Source: Haliotis rubra (Eukaryota). From it: DNA of 64,000 bases. The first letter of the stretch is position 1. Every line of letters begins with the position of its first letter. Shown here piece by piece: positions 50,582 through 61,890 of the stretch. The notes under the pieces were generated by a model. That model saw nothing but the letters and a program-made list of their open reading frames with translations. It ran no database searches and was not told the origin of the DNA. A program made the translations under genes and the position numbers. The stretch covers positions 434,001 through 498,000 of the forward strand of contig NW_025766990.1 in the NCBI RefSeq assembly GCF_003918875.1, read 5' to 3'.

Positions 50582-53500
50582 TAAGACGCCATTATTGCCA
50601 AGAATCGTGGCAAACCAATCAAATCGCGCGTAGTAAAATGTGAAATTAATCAAATGGTTTCTCTGCGATTCGCGATTTCATTTAATTTATTATTTCCGTG
50701 GTTATAAAATTATCTTGTTACTGAGTGAGTTTAGATTTACGCCGCACTCAGCAATATTATCTTGTTACTGATATTTGTTAACGAGATAAGAAACTTACTT
50801 AAAGTGACTTTCGTGTTGTATTATAAATTAATTGGGTTTTTTCTAAGAGTAGCCATGTTTGGAAATTCAGAGATATCTTGGAAAGAGTCCCAGACTATTT
50901 TCATCTCCGTGCCCGTTTGCGCGCAGACAAGGCCCAGTCGTGAATGGCTACGAGAGGGGTACGAGAAGCCATGCAGTTTGCCGGAATGACACGAGTAGTT
51001 ACGAATGGAACGACGCAGTGAACAGGATATTCGTTTAAATATTACTGCGTGTCAGTTTGGTGAAACTCGGCAGGGGCGGATAAAGCTTTTTGAGAAAGGC
51101 GGGGTCCACACTCTTGAGAAATTATTTTCATTCGTTTACACGAGGGTTTCAATGGTCCTTTAATAACTCACTCACTCACTCTACGGCGGGGAAAAACACA
51201 CGCAACTAGGTGATCTCTTTCACACGTTCGATTCGCTTCAAGTGACCTGGCGAACTATGAATGTCCAATCTCATCACTTTCCATGCGATAAACGTTTCTC
51301 TTTGATACAACTTTCTCTCAGTGAGATTTCCGGGTTTGAACATGAAACACTTCACTGCGTTTGCCACGTTTGTTTCCCAAGTAAATTAGAGTTACATGCC
51401 CTTGAAAATGGTTCGGCGACTAGACTATTTCTTTCTCTCTGCGCTTTTGCGCTCAGACAGAGTCAAGTTCAGTGAAATGGCTACGAGAGGGGTACGAGTC
51501 TTCTTTCAGGTTACGGAAAGGGACGAGTAGTTACGAATGCGGTGACAGGCATATATTCAAGAACCAGTTCTATTTCCAAATTGCGCGACCGCCAGATATG
51601 ACTTTACTAGACGGGACTAGGTGTACAATCATGCTTGGCTGTCCCAGCTGTTGATAGTCGTAATAATTGGCTAATTTGGGGGATGGTGAGATCGGAAATT
51701 TGTTACTCCTGACTATCGGTTCCTTACTGTCAACTGACAACCATGAGACCATTCGAAAAGGTATGAAACGTTGTTTATCACCGGAAGTACTAAAGTCTCG
51801 CGAAGTGCCGTGACCTATTTACGGTCCCTATTACAAGAACGGTCACGGTCACGTGTTAATCACGCGTTGGTCACGAATGCATATCAAAGAAGTCAGCAAA
51901 TACTCAGTGAAGACGACATCATCGTGAAGCACAAAACTACTGTTAAATCTTGACGATTCAATATCATGTAACGTCAATACACCCCCCACCCCACCCTCTT
52001 ATAAACATCAACACCAAACCTACAAGACAACACTACAACGGGGAATCTTAAACAGCAAACATTTATTTTCAAATATTTGCTTAACTAAGTAGCTATGATA
52101 ATTTTTTCAGTAAAAAGTAATGAATTTTTAAAACATTCAAACGTTCAATACCAGGTGGTGATGTCTCACAACGTCTTAAAACGTTCAGGACCAAGAGTCC
52201 CCTCAACCCGCAGTTTGTTGAATCGATCCTAGGGTCTACAAAATTGACAAATTTCAATAATCATTTTCAGCTACTTCCGTTTCTTGGATCCAAATATTTA
52301 TACAAAATGTCTCTCCTTGCATTCATCTATTGATATTCCTTCGTTGTAATGAAGGTGCTTTTGAAAGATTTTGACCTTAAATTCAAGGGACAAGATAAGT
52401 TTTTAATGACAGCCGATGTGTTAATTCAATATCAAAAACCCTTTTAACTTTGGTAAAAACTTAATTTGCTTGTGAAAGTATTTTGTTTGGCGATCAATAT
52501 CTTATTAACTGTCACTCCCGGTTTGAGACGACAATGCCCCATGTAATATTACATTTTCTTGATAGTTTTCCATATGATTGAATTAATTCTGTTTAGCAAA
52601 TTGGGAAGATGTAATGATTTTATTGCATTCAGACAGTTTTTTGCTTCAGTCGCGTCACTCCGTAGGGGTCAGCATGAATTATTTTTGAGGGTGGGTGGGA
52701 AGGGGTGGGAAGCCTGAGCAACGATCCACCGCCATGTTTCGCATTCGAACTATAGTGAATGAGTGTAGTTTTACGCCGCTTATAGTCTTCGCACATTGTA
52801 CCCATGTGGGGAATCGAACCAGGGTCTTCAGCATGACGAGCTGACGCTTTAACATTTCGGCTACCCCACCGCCCCTTAAACAGTACGATATTCAATCACA
52901 CGACAGTATATTTATTGGTTTTGATGAAAGGGATGCTGTGTGCAAGTGTAGATAATCTGCTGTCTGGAAGTACTGAAAATACGTCGAGAAACATGTTTGT
53001 ATTGCGACACCCTTGGATGGGTTTAACGAATCAATCGTAGGTTTCGAAAACCTTAGGTCAGGCTATTTAAGGTCGATGTAACGGATCTGCTGTTTATCAA
53101 ACGGGGCACATATTTCTTTCTGTTCCAGAGAGCTTGGCCTCATTCCTCAAAAGGCATGTTTCGCAATAGCAGGATCGTACCTACAAGCTTGATGCAAAGT
53201 AGATTGTGCTCAGTGGTAGCGTTTTGACGAGTCACCGTGGACGCACGATAGCAGAGTCGACAATTGTGAGTGAGTGAGTGTGTGAGTGAGTGTGTGAGGG
53301 AGGGAGGGAGCGAGCGAGCGAGCGCTTAAGCAATACTTCAGTTACATCATTACGCCAACTAAATTGAGAGGAATCCCCAAAGTTTAGACTGAAAACCTTT
53401 ACCACTTCGGAAAAATTCATGGAGACGGTGCCATCAAACAGAAAGAAGGAATTAGGGATTCTCATCCATCTTAGTGATTCTCATCCATCTTTAAGTCCGT

Positions 53501-54618
53501 ATAACACTGTTAGCCTTATTACGTGTTATTCATAACAGTTTCTAACACGGCTCCGTTCAAATGTTTGCATGTGATCAAATGCTATTTTTAATAAGTTTGT
53601 CAAGTACAAAACTGATTGATAAAAACGTTCGGCGCTCAGGCGTGTAAAAGACACCAGTTTACCCGATTTCACCCCAAAATCGATTGTCTCATTCAAGCTG
53701 AAAATTGCTGTTTCAGATTCTACTAATTGTCGGAGAAGATTCAGTGGAATCGCTGTGATGTTGTAAACTTTGAAAGCTACACGCATAGCGAGGGAAGAAG
53801 TGGGTGATATGTTTTGTTGAAGTATCTAGAGTGTCTTGTCCTGAAAAGGTCAAACCAAAGCAGGCATCTAGTTGCAAACCATCGGGATCTGGAAACACCG
53901 TTTCTCGTTAGTCGTAAGTGTACTCAGGATCACTCTCACACATCGACGGGTTTTGTAGTCTCGGCTCTCGTGGAGAAAAAAAGTCAAATATTTAAAAATT
54001 GAAATTGAAAACTTACATACGAAAGTTCACTAACAGATCGATTTTTAAGTTTCCCTAATGGACACGATTAATTTCTTAAAAGGTCAACTGTCGTTTCTGT
54101 CCCAGAACCATGCTTCTTATATCGGCGAAAAACTCTCAACCGTTGAAACCAACGCAAGAAGTATATAGACATTAGATAAAAATGTAATGTAGTCTTATTC
54201 TTTTTGCAAGTTCTTTTCGGCATCTAATTATGATTCTTTATGCAGTGTTTTTGTCTCATGGACACACCGTACTGAGTAGAAACGGTATATCATTGCTTTC
54301 TTCGTGTGCCTCAAGCTCCTCAGGCTTGGCATCGTTAGGACAAGACCGTTTTTGTAGTCAGATTAAGTAATCCCACATTATCAACTGCATTAAGTTCACC
54401 GGCAGGGACACCTACAGCAACACAGAACTAGATGTTTTGTACTAATAAATGTCCCAGTCTATATGAGCATCGATTCACGGAACTCTGGTACGTGTAACTA
54501 CAAAACCTCTGAAGTCGCCTTTAAGACAGGAATGGCTACAGACCTGTTCTAACCCGAATATAACTTGGATCTAAACAGGATCTAACCTGGACCGATCCCG
54601 TATCCCGTTATGATTATA

Positions 54619-54785
54619 CTGACTGACTGAGTTTAGTTTTACGCCGCTTTTAGCAATATTCCAACAATATCACGGCGGGGGACACCAGAAATGGGCTTCA
54701 CACATTGTGCCCATGTGGGGAATCGAACCCGGGTCTTCGGCGTGACGAGCCAACGCTTTAACCACTAGGCTACCCCACCGCCCCC
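54619..54785 (-). mobile_element. SINE family A (other copies at 41144-41301, 46804-46966, 52754-52875)
   Basis: Near-consensus copy. Confidence 0.9.
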
Positions 54786-55065
54786 AGTATCCCAACAATA
54801 TCAGTACACTAAAAATGAGCTTCACTCATTGTGCTCATGTGATTATTTATCCTGGGTCTTAGGTGTGAGAAGTGATCACTTTAACCACTTGGCTACCCAG
54901 TCGGCCCTTTTTTCAGTAAGTTATATGGTAGAAAAACTGAGCCAACTTTGACAATGTACGTGTCCTACATCAGTGGCAAAACATCACTGAACTTTAAAAA
55001 ATACATTAAACACAAATGTAGAAAAGTGAATAATTGTATATGGCTGTAATTAACAAGTGCCGCGA

Positions 55066-55260
55066 GGGGAGGTGAGGTGAGGTGAGGTGAGGTGAGACGA
55101 GGTGAGGCCAGGTGATGTGCGATGAGGTGAGGTGAGAATGGGTGGGCTGAAGCCAGGTGGTGGTGAGGAGAGAATGGGTGGATTGAGGTGAGGTGAATTT
55201 AGATGAGTTGAGGTGAGAGGCCTGATGCCAAGTGAGGTGAGGTGAAATCGGGCGAGGCGA
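55066..55260. repeat. Degenerate (GAGGT)n repeat
   Basis: Directly visible; same unit as the SINE-C tail. Confidence 0.85.
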
Positions 55261-55906
55261 TATGGGGTTTTAAAGTTGCGTTCAAAATAACTGCACAAAC
55301 AAAACGTCATACATGAAGGTGTGTCTATGCTGCTTGCCACAATCTTTTAAAGCATTTTGTTAAATCACAGGGATTCAAACATCACCTTTCCTCTCTCCAA
55401 GAACTCGTTGTATCAAATCGACCAGACCAAAACGTCCTCTACAATCAATACACATGACCCCAGCGCACCTTGGTCTCTTAAGACGACCTTGAGTATCTAT
55501 ACATTTCTTTTAGAAAGGAAAAGAGAAAACATAACAGCAAAGCAATTACATTATACCATCAATTACTGGTTGACACGACTGATGGCTTAAGCTTCGCTCC
55601 GATTCTTTTTACGGCAACACCTGAAAACTGGTCATGTATTTATATTTTTTACCTCACTGACAGTACTATCAAGGGGACACTTTGAAAAACTGACAATTAC
55701 CGAATACCCGAGTATGTGACGTAAAAGCATGCTATAAAACGTACTGCCCACGGTCCCCTAGACCTGACGTAGCTTGCCCTTAACCGAGGGACACAGAAGT
55801 AATTGGTGTCTGAAAGAAATCCGTCTCCACGCATTGCTATGGTGCTGTAGGTGATCTTCTTCAATATATACAGCAACGTTCTCCAGAACTCCATTTAAGC
55901 GACGTC

Positions 55907-56071
55907 GGGGGCGGTGGGGTAGCCTAGTGGTTAAAGCGTTCGCTCGTCACGCTGAAGACCCGGGTTCGATTCCCCACATGGGTACAATGTGTGAAGCCCA
56001 TTTTCTGGTGTCCTCCGCCGTGATATCGCTGGAATATTGCTAAAAGCGGCGTGAAACCATACACACTCACT
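55907..56071 (+). mobile_element. SINE family A
   Basis: TSD CATTTAAGCGACGTC. Confidence 0.9.
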
Positions 56072-57095
56072 CATTTAAGCGACGTCAGTAGTAATTTAAT
56101 TAAATGCTATTATTAAGTTTAGTTATGTAATACTGTTATACCTTTCTGAAAGATAAATGAGTAAACGTGTTTAGGTTTTAACGTATGTTATATTTGGGGT
56201 TAACCTTTCTCAGCAATGTACATATTCTAGTACTTTTGGGGGGTGCGTTTCACCTGGGATTCGACTCCACACTCTCAGCATCACTCAACGAATCTCCAAC
56301 ACACAAAGTCAACGATCTAACCCTGTCATCCACCGCGGATGACACTTTCACTAAGAAAATATAAACAGAACATAAAATCTTACATTTGACCACTTCTAAA
56401 TGGCATTAAGTGTATCCATACCTATTCATATTATTTTATTTTTATTCTATTTTGTTATTCTGTCAGATGTTCGAATTGTTTCACGGCAGTTTGAATCCAT
56501 GTTTGTAAGCTACGTGGTATAGACATTCCGGGGATTAAATGTATTGAAATTACACAAAATCAAAGTAGATGTCTGAGGCAGATATGTTAGAAGGCATTAG
56601 TTTACAAGAAAGCTTAATCATACAGCTTCATGCAAATCACGAAAAGAAGTTCTCAAATGCATTCATATTGAGGTGAAATTGTCCTATTTTTGACCATACC
56701 GAAATAAACCAATAACAGTGATTTAGATGTCCAAAAGAAAGGTTGAAATAAAATTCTGCTTTGAGACAAGGTAAACCATTTAAAGTCACCATTTTTTCAA
56801 CAATATAAAACAAAAAACAACTGTTGTAAGTGTGTAAATTTTCTGCTGATTTGCATTAGTGAAAATAAGTAAAACGTGTTTTTGATATTGTGAAAAAGTG
56901 TTGTGGAACATCTAAAATTATCTTTGCTAACATTTTTGCTTGCAAAGTAACATTTATCTGTTAACACATAGCAATATCAATCGCCAAAACGTAGCAATAT
57001 TCAAGCAGTAGTTGCATCCATTTCACATGTAGAATTATTCTATAGGGTATATAGAAAGACTAGAATGCATGATATGATACAAAATTACGAGAAAT

Positions 57096-57311
57096 ATGCC
57101 ACGATTAGCAGCTGAAGAGAGAGAAAGAGCCATTGGGATGGTGCAGATGGGGTCGACATACAATGCTGTTGCCAGCGCCCTCAGATACCACCGTATGACG
57201 GTTATAAGACTTATACAGGGCTTCACACAGACTGGGGTCCCCGTAGACAGACCAAGAAGTGGACGTCCACGCATCGCAACGCCAGCTGAAGATAGGTACC
57301 TCCGTCATTAA
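57096..57311 (+). pseudogene. Truncated Tc1-like transposase N-terminus (paired-type HTH + GRPR motif)
   Basis: MPRLAAEERERAIGMVQMG...DRPRSGRPRIATPAEDRYLRH*, cut off at a TTAA. Confidence 0.8.
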
Positions 57312-58349
57312 GGAAGGAGGGTAACGTTTCTTTTGGCGTTTAGTGTAGTAATTGCCGAGGACCCCCAGTTCGATATATCCGTCAGTTTGTTATATGCGTG
57401 TTCGTTGTAACCGTTGTTTACTATACAATTACAAGACAAACACATTTTCAGGGAGTGAATATTGTAACTACGTTTTGTTAGCATTTCGGTTTTAACATGG
57501 CACAAAAGGGTAATATGTATGTGAAACCCAAAATGAGATGTTTATGTCATCAGTGAAACATAAGAGCGCGGGTATTGTATTTTGTAAATCAAAGTTGATA
57601 TCCGGTTTGAAGCTGGAATTATACGGATACAGGGGAGATAATCCGGGGGACGATGGACGAATTCGCTGCCAGTAATCAGCGCTTGAAGGAGTGAATTGGT
57701 AAAAGTGTTGGGCAGAACGCCGCTTTAATTTGAACAGTACCAGTTTTTTAACGGCGAGTCAGCTTAATGTGGCCGAAACGCCCGACTTGGTCTCGGGTAT
57801 TTATCACTTTGTTTTAACACTCGAACATCGGTGGGGTGAGTGAGTTAAGCTTTACGCTGCAATATTCCAACAATATCGCGGCGGGGACACAAAAATGGGT
57901 TTCATAGATTGTGCACTCATGTGGGGAATCAAACCCGAATCTTCAGCGTGACGGAGAACGTTGCTAGGAGAGTAGACAAAAGTATCTACCAGAATATTAC
58001 ACAAAGCACCCATCTTTCGTTAAGTTTGTAGGACTACTAACCAACTAAAATGAAAAAACTCACCTTGTGTTTAGCAATTTTTTTAACAAACATATTTGAG
58101 ACTAGATAGACCTAAGTTTAATCCCTACCTTGCGACTTTGTATACCTTACATTAGTTTGCTGTGTATTTGTCTACCCCCAGGTTTATACACCAAGTCTAA
58201 ATTGCTACTCAAGAAGACTGAACATCACTAACTGTATATTATTATTATTATTATTAATAATAATAATAATATTATTATTATGTTTTACAGATTAAAGATA
58301 GTATGCAGCAGAGAGGATTTGGGTGATCCTGGCACAGTCAGGCTGGTAA

Positions 58350-58736
58350 GGCTCATCATCAGCTCAGGGCCCTTGCCCCCCTCTACACGCAGCCCAGACA
58401 GCGAATGGGACTTCTCCCAGGAAACGCTGCCTAGTCGAACCCACCAAGAACTTTCCGGAGAATATGAAGGCTCCCCAACACTGCAGCCTTCTGCATTACC
58501 CAGAGTGTCAGAAGGGCTGTACTCCCTGTGGAGAATCCGGGCACTCTCCTGATCTGTGCCAAGAGATCAGGAGGTACCAAACCAAGGGCACCGAGAACAA
58601 TGGGGAGCCTGGCGACAGTGTTTCTATACCGATGAATCTCTGCAAACGACTACATGAAATGTATCACCACAAGGCGCTCACGCCACTAGACTGTATTGCC
58701 ATGTACTGGCGGCTTCATGGCCTCATATACGAATAA
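58350..58736 (+). pseudogene. Coding-like fragment with a CCHC zinc knuckle (CTPCGESGHSPDLC)
   Basis: Exact CX2CX4HX4C spacing in a GC-richer island; acceptor-like TTTTACAG at 58290; the stop overlaps AATAAA. Confidence 0.45.
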
Positions 58737-58848
58737 AATCTTGTCTGTCAGAATGTTGCTGTATATATTGAAGAAGGTCACTTACAGCACCGCAGCAATA
58801 TGTGGATCTCAACATGACAGAACACAGATGCATGTGTGTCCCCAATGA

Positions 58849-58976
58849 CTATAAAACCAGCTTAAGTCTGGGCTAGTACAAGCAGCCGCACATACACATA
58901 CACATGCATGCACGTCGTCATATGAGCGAAATATTCTCAAGCACGACGTAAAACCCAATTTCACCTCACCCCACCT
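58849..58976 (+). mobile_element. SINE family C, 5'-truncated (another 3' end at 1-83)
   Basis: Matches the 3' half of the family C consensus. Confidence 0.85.
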
Positions 58977-59380
58977 ATGACTTTCAAGTACGTTCAGTGT
59001 GAACCAACCAAAACAATGTTTCTGCATTATCTCCCTTTACGAGCTAATGAGTCTGTTAACTGAAGAGTAAATGGTATTTAAGGCAGTATTCAGAATAGTA
59101 CATCGATACCATTATCACAAAAAAGCAGATACGATCACATAGCCTCAGTGTTGAGGGCATTATATTGGCTGCCCATAGAAAACGTATCCAGTTCTTACTG
59201 CTGTATCGAAGACTCTGAATAAACTGGCACCAGTTTAACTTGATCTTGTGCAGGCCTATGAACCCTTACAATCATAAGGATCAGGGGATCAGAATCTTCT
59301 CCAAGCTTCCAAATCCTATACAAAAGCATGGTGCGATCGGATCTTTCAGACGTCTGTGCCCTATATATGAAAATTGTAAC

Positions 59381-59847
59381 GGTACACCTACAGAATACCG
59401 GATACATACCAGCCATATTGCTTAGTGTCACGTCACCCTAACCCTAACCCTTACCCTAACCCTAAACCTTACCCTAACCCTAACCCTAACCCCAAACCTT
59501 ACCCTAACCTAACTAACCCTAACCCCAAACCTTACCCTTGCCTTAACCCTAACCCTACCCTAACCCCTAACCCTAACCTTACCCTTACTAACCCTAAACC
59601 TTACCCTAACCCTAACCCTAAACCTTACCTACCCTAACCCTAACCCTAACCCCCTAAACCTTACCCTAACCTAACCCTAACCCTAAACCCCTTACCCTAA
59701 CCCTAAACCTTACCCTAACCCTAACCCTAACCCTAACCCTTACCCTAACCCTAAACCTTACCCTAACCCTAACCCTAACCCTAACCCTAAGTAAAGTTGC
59801 ATGCTTTCAAAGATGGCGGAAGGTATCCGGTATTCTGTAGTCTTACC
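59381..59847. mobile_element. Merlin-type non-autonomous DNA transposon with internal telomere-like repeat
   Basis: TIRs GGTACACCTACAGAATACCGGATAC / GTATCCGGTATTCTGTAGTCTTACC; perfect 8-bp TSD ATTGTAAC at 59373-59380 and 59848-59855. Confidence 0.8.
59435..59790 (+). repeat. Interstitial telomere-like array (CCCTAA)n with CCCTAAACCTTA variants
   Basis: Directly visible. Confidence 0.95.
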
Positions 59848-61112
59848 ATTGTAACACCTAAACTCCGATCGAGAACTGAATTGTGCACTTTTAAGTCACT
59901 TCCAAAAAGTGTTTGTTCACCAAATCCTACAAACAAATCAGTGGCAATTACTCAAAGGGTTTTTGAGTAGCAACTCATTACTGGATACGTGTATATTTGA
60001 TTGGCTTGTCCATACCTCAGTCAGGTGTGATCATGAGTCTTAATTGGAGACGTGGAACCTTGTTTCAGATACGAGGATTCAAGGATTTGTTGCTTGAATC
60101 AAAGTCCATCCTCTGTATCTCCAGGGTTTGCAGGAACACCTGGAACCATTCTCGCGATTTCGAATTATTTGAATTAATTTTGATTTTTTAGTAAGTTTTA
60201 CCGACACATCAAACGTCGAGAAGCAAAAGGAAAATTCAATGCTTAAGGGAGAACGTGTCACTGTCAGTATTAATTGACACGAAGACATCCTTCCTATCAA
60301 AATGATTTTTGAGGGCTTTCGTTTGTGTGTCAGTCAGTATTTCAATGTTGATTTCTCACAAACCCTATCGTAATCAATGGGACTGGCCGCCACGTTGTTG
60401 ACATTGCCAACACAGCGTTGTAAGCTGGTTCCCGGACCCTTTGCGCGTCGTCAACTTGCGTCAATGAGATATGAGAGACGAGGCCCAGACGAGGCCCAGT
60501 CTACCCAACACTGGGGCTCGTTTGTAACTTGCATTCTGATTGGTCCGCGAGGCTGAGTAGGAAGCAAATCAAATTGGCTAAAGGGAATCAAGGGTGGATA
60601 ATTTGGGATTGAGAGAAGCACCTGAATTGATCCAGGATTTAATGTAGGCTTATCGAAATGTTACCCCTGGAGTCAAAAGGATGATAAAGTTCATACTACA
60701 ATACTTATTCCCGAGGCAAGAGTGGGAAGTAGCAAACATCCAACAACGCTTTGAACCAGGGTACAGTCATAAATATAGGATGATATTTGTCAAAATCAAG
60801 AGTTACTACAATCTTGTGGTTCGACAGCCATGGCTCGGTTAACGAGAGAGTGGGTATAATTTTATGCCGCATTTAGCAATATTCCTGCAACATCACCCTG
60901 TGTGAGACCTGGGACTCCTTTCACGAAGCAACCTTTACTAAGGTTAACCTAACTCCCATTCTTTAACATTGTACTAAGGTTACCTTAGTGACTTACGATC
61001 ACTTTAGTGCTTTGTGAAGGGAGGCCCAGAAATGGGATTCAGACAGAGCAGCCATGTTATAATCGAAGGATATCTTGAGGAGTAAGAGTAAAAATAGCTC
61101 TTCCTGGATATA

Positions 61113-61612
61113 CAGATTTATCACGAAAGTCTTAGCACTGCCACGCTGTACCATTACCTTAAAAGATAGTGCCAGACTTACGACCGTCGTATCTAAACGT
61201 ATGCATAACGACGGTTTCTGATAGTACGATAGCTTTGGGAATCCCCGTCGTTTCTTTGAAAGACATTGAGTTGACATTTAGCAGTGCCTTGTAGACCAGC
61301 TGACCACGGTATCGCGCACTCACTCCCACTTCCATATTGTTTTATCCTCCAGTAATCTCGATCAGCGTATAAACGTTACGACATGTCAGAAACGGCGTTA
61401 TCGAAAACCGAATCTACGCCCCCTACGTCTCGCCGGTTTTGCGACATCATCTCCGTTGTTCTGAATAGCAAGCGAGGTGTTATAATAACGGAAGACCAAC
61501 GGTAGAGCGTGGGTTTCTTCAATAACGTTATGGCAGGGAGGAAGACAGCCGTGGTTAAACGACGGTATACGATATCAAAATTTCCTTTCCGATAAACTGG
61601 TAACTACATCTG
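61113..61612. mobile_element. Probable TA-flanked non-autonomous DNA transposon
   Basis: Ends (TA)CAGATTTA.../...CTACATCTG(TA); CpG-rich interior with repeated AACGACGG/CCGTCGT motifs. Confidence 0.45.
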
Positions 61613-61720
61613 TAAAGATATTAACGAAATCAGTACCATTTACACCATTCAAAATTCATAATTTAAGAATCAATACAGCCTGTTTAACGCTGATTGTGCT
61701 GTGTGTTGATAGCTGCAGTA

Positions 61721-61890
61721 GGGCGGTGGGGTAGCCTAGTGGTTAAAGCGTCCGCTCTTCACGCCCAAGACCCGGGTTAGATCCCTCACATTGGTACAAT
61801 GTGTGAAGCCCATTTCTGGTGTCCCCCGCCGTGATATTGCTTTAATATTGCTAAATGCGGCGTAAAACTAAACTCATCCGCTCACTCACT
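61721..61890 (+). mobile_element. SINE family A (other copies at 62052-62202, 63487-63636, 63684-63817)
   Basis: Consensus match; the 63684 copy has an internal deletion and TSD GATAGTCCGTACC. Confidence 0.88.

Larger units (their letters stand above)
43948..51162 (+). repeat. Tandem segmental duplication, copy 2 (with added SINE-A, Tc1 and expanded G-rich repeat)
   Basis: Junction microhomology ATAA at 43948-43951. Confidence 0.95.

Noticed and set aside
53713-53898. LDACFGL as a KDZ/Sola transposase motif
   Set aside because: Short match with no flanking transposase motifs; it overlaps a polypyrimidine acceptor-like tract.
55907-55985. tRNA-Asp-like gene
   Set aside because: It is the head of a SINE-A copy: continues into SINE body and tail, has TSDs and no proper acceptor stem.
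59435-59790. True telomere or chromosome-fusion scar
   Set aside because: Single orientation, short, and enclosed by TIRs and an 8-bp TSD.
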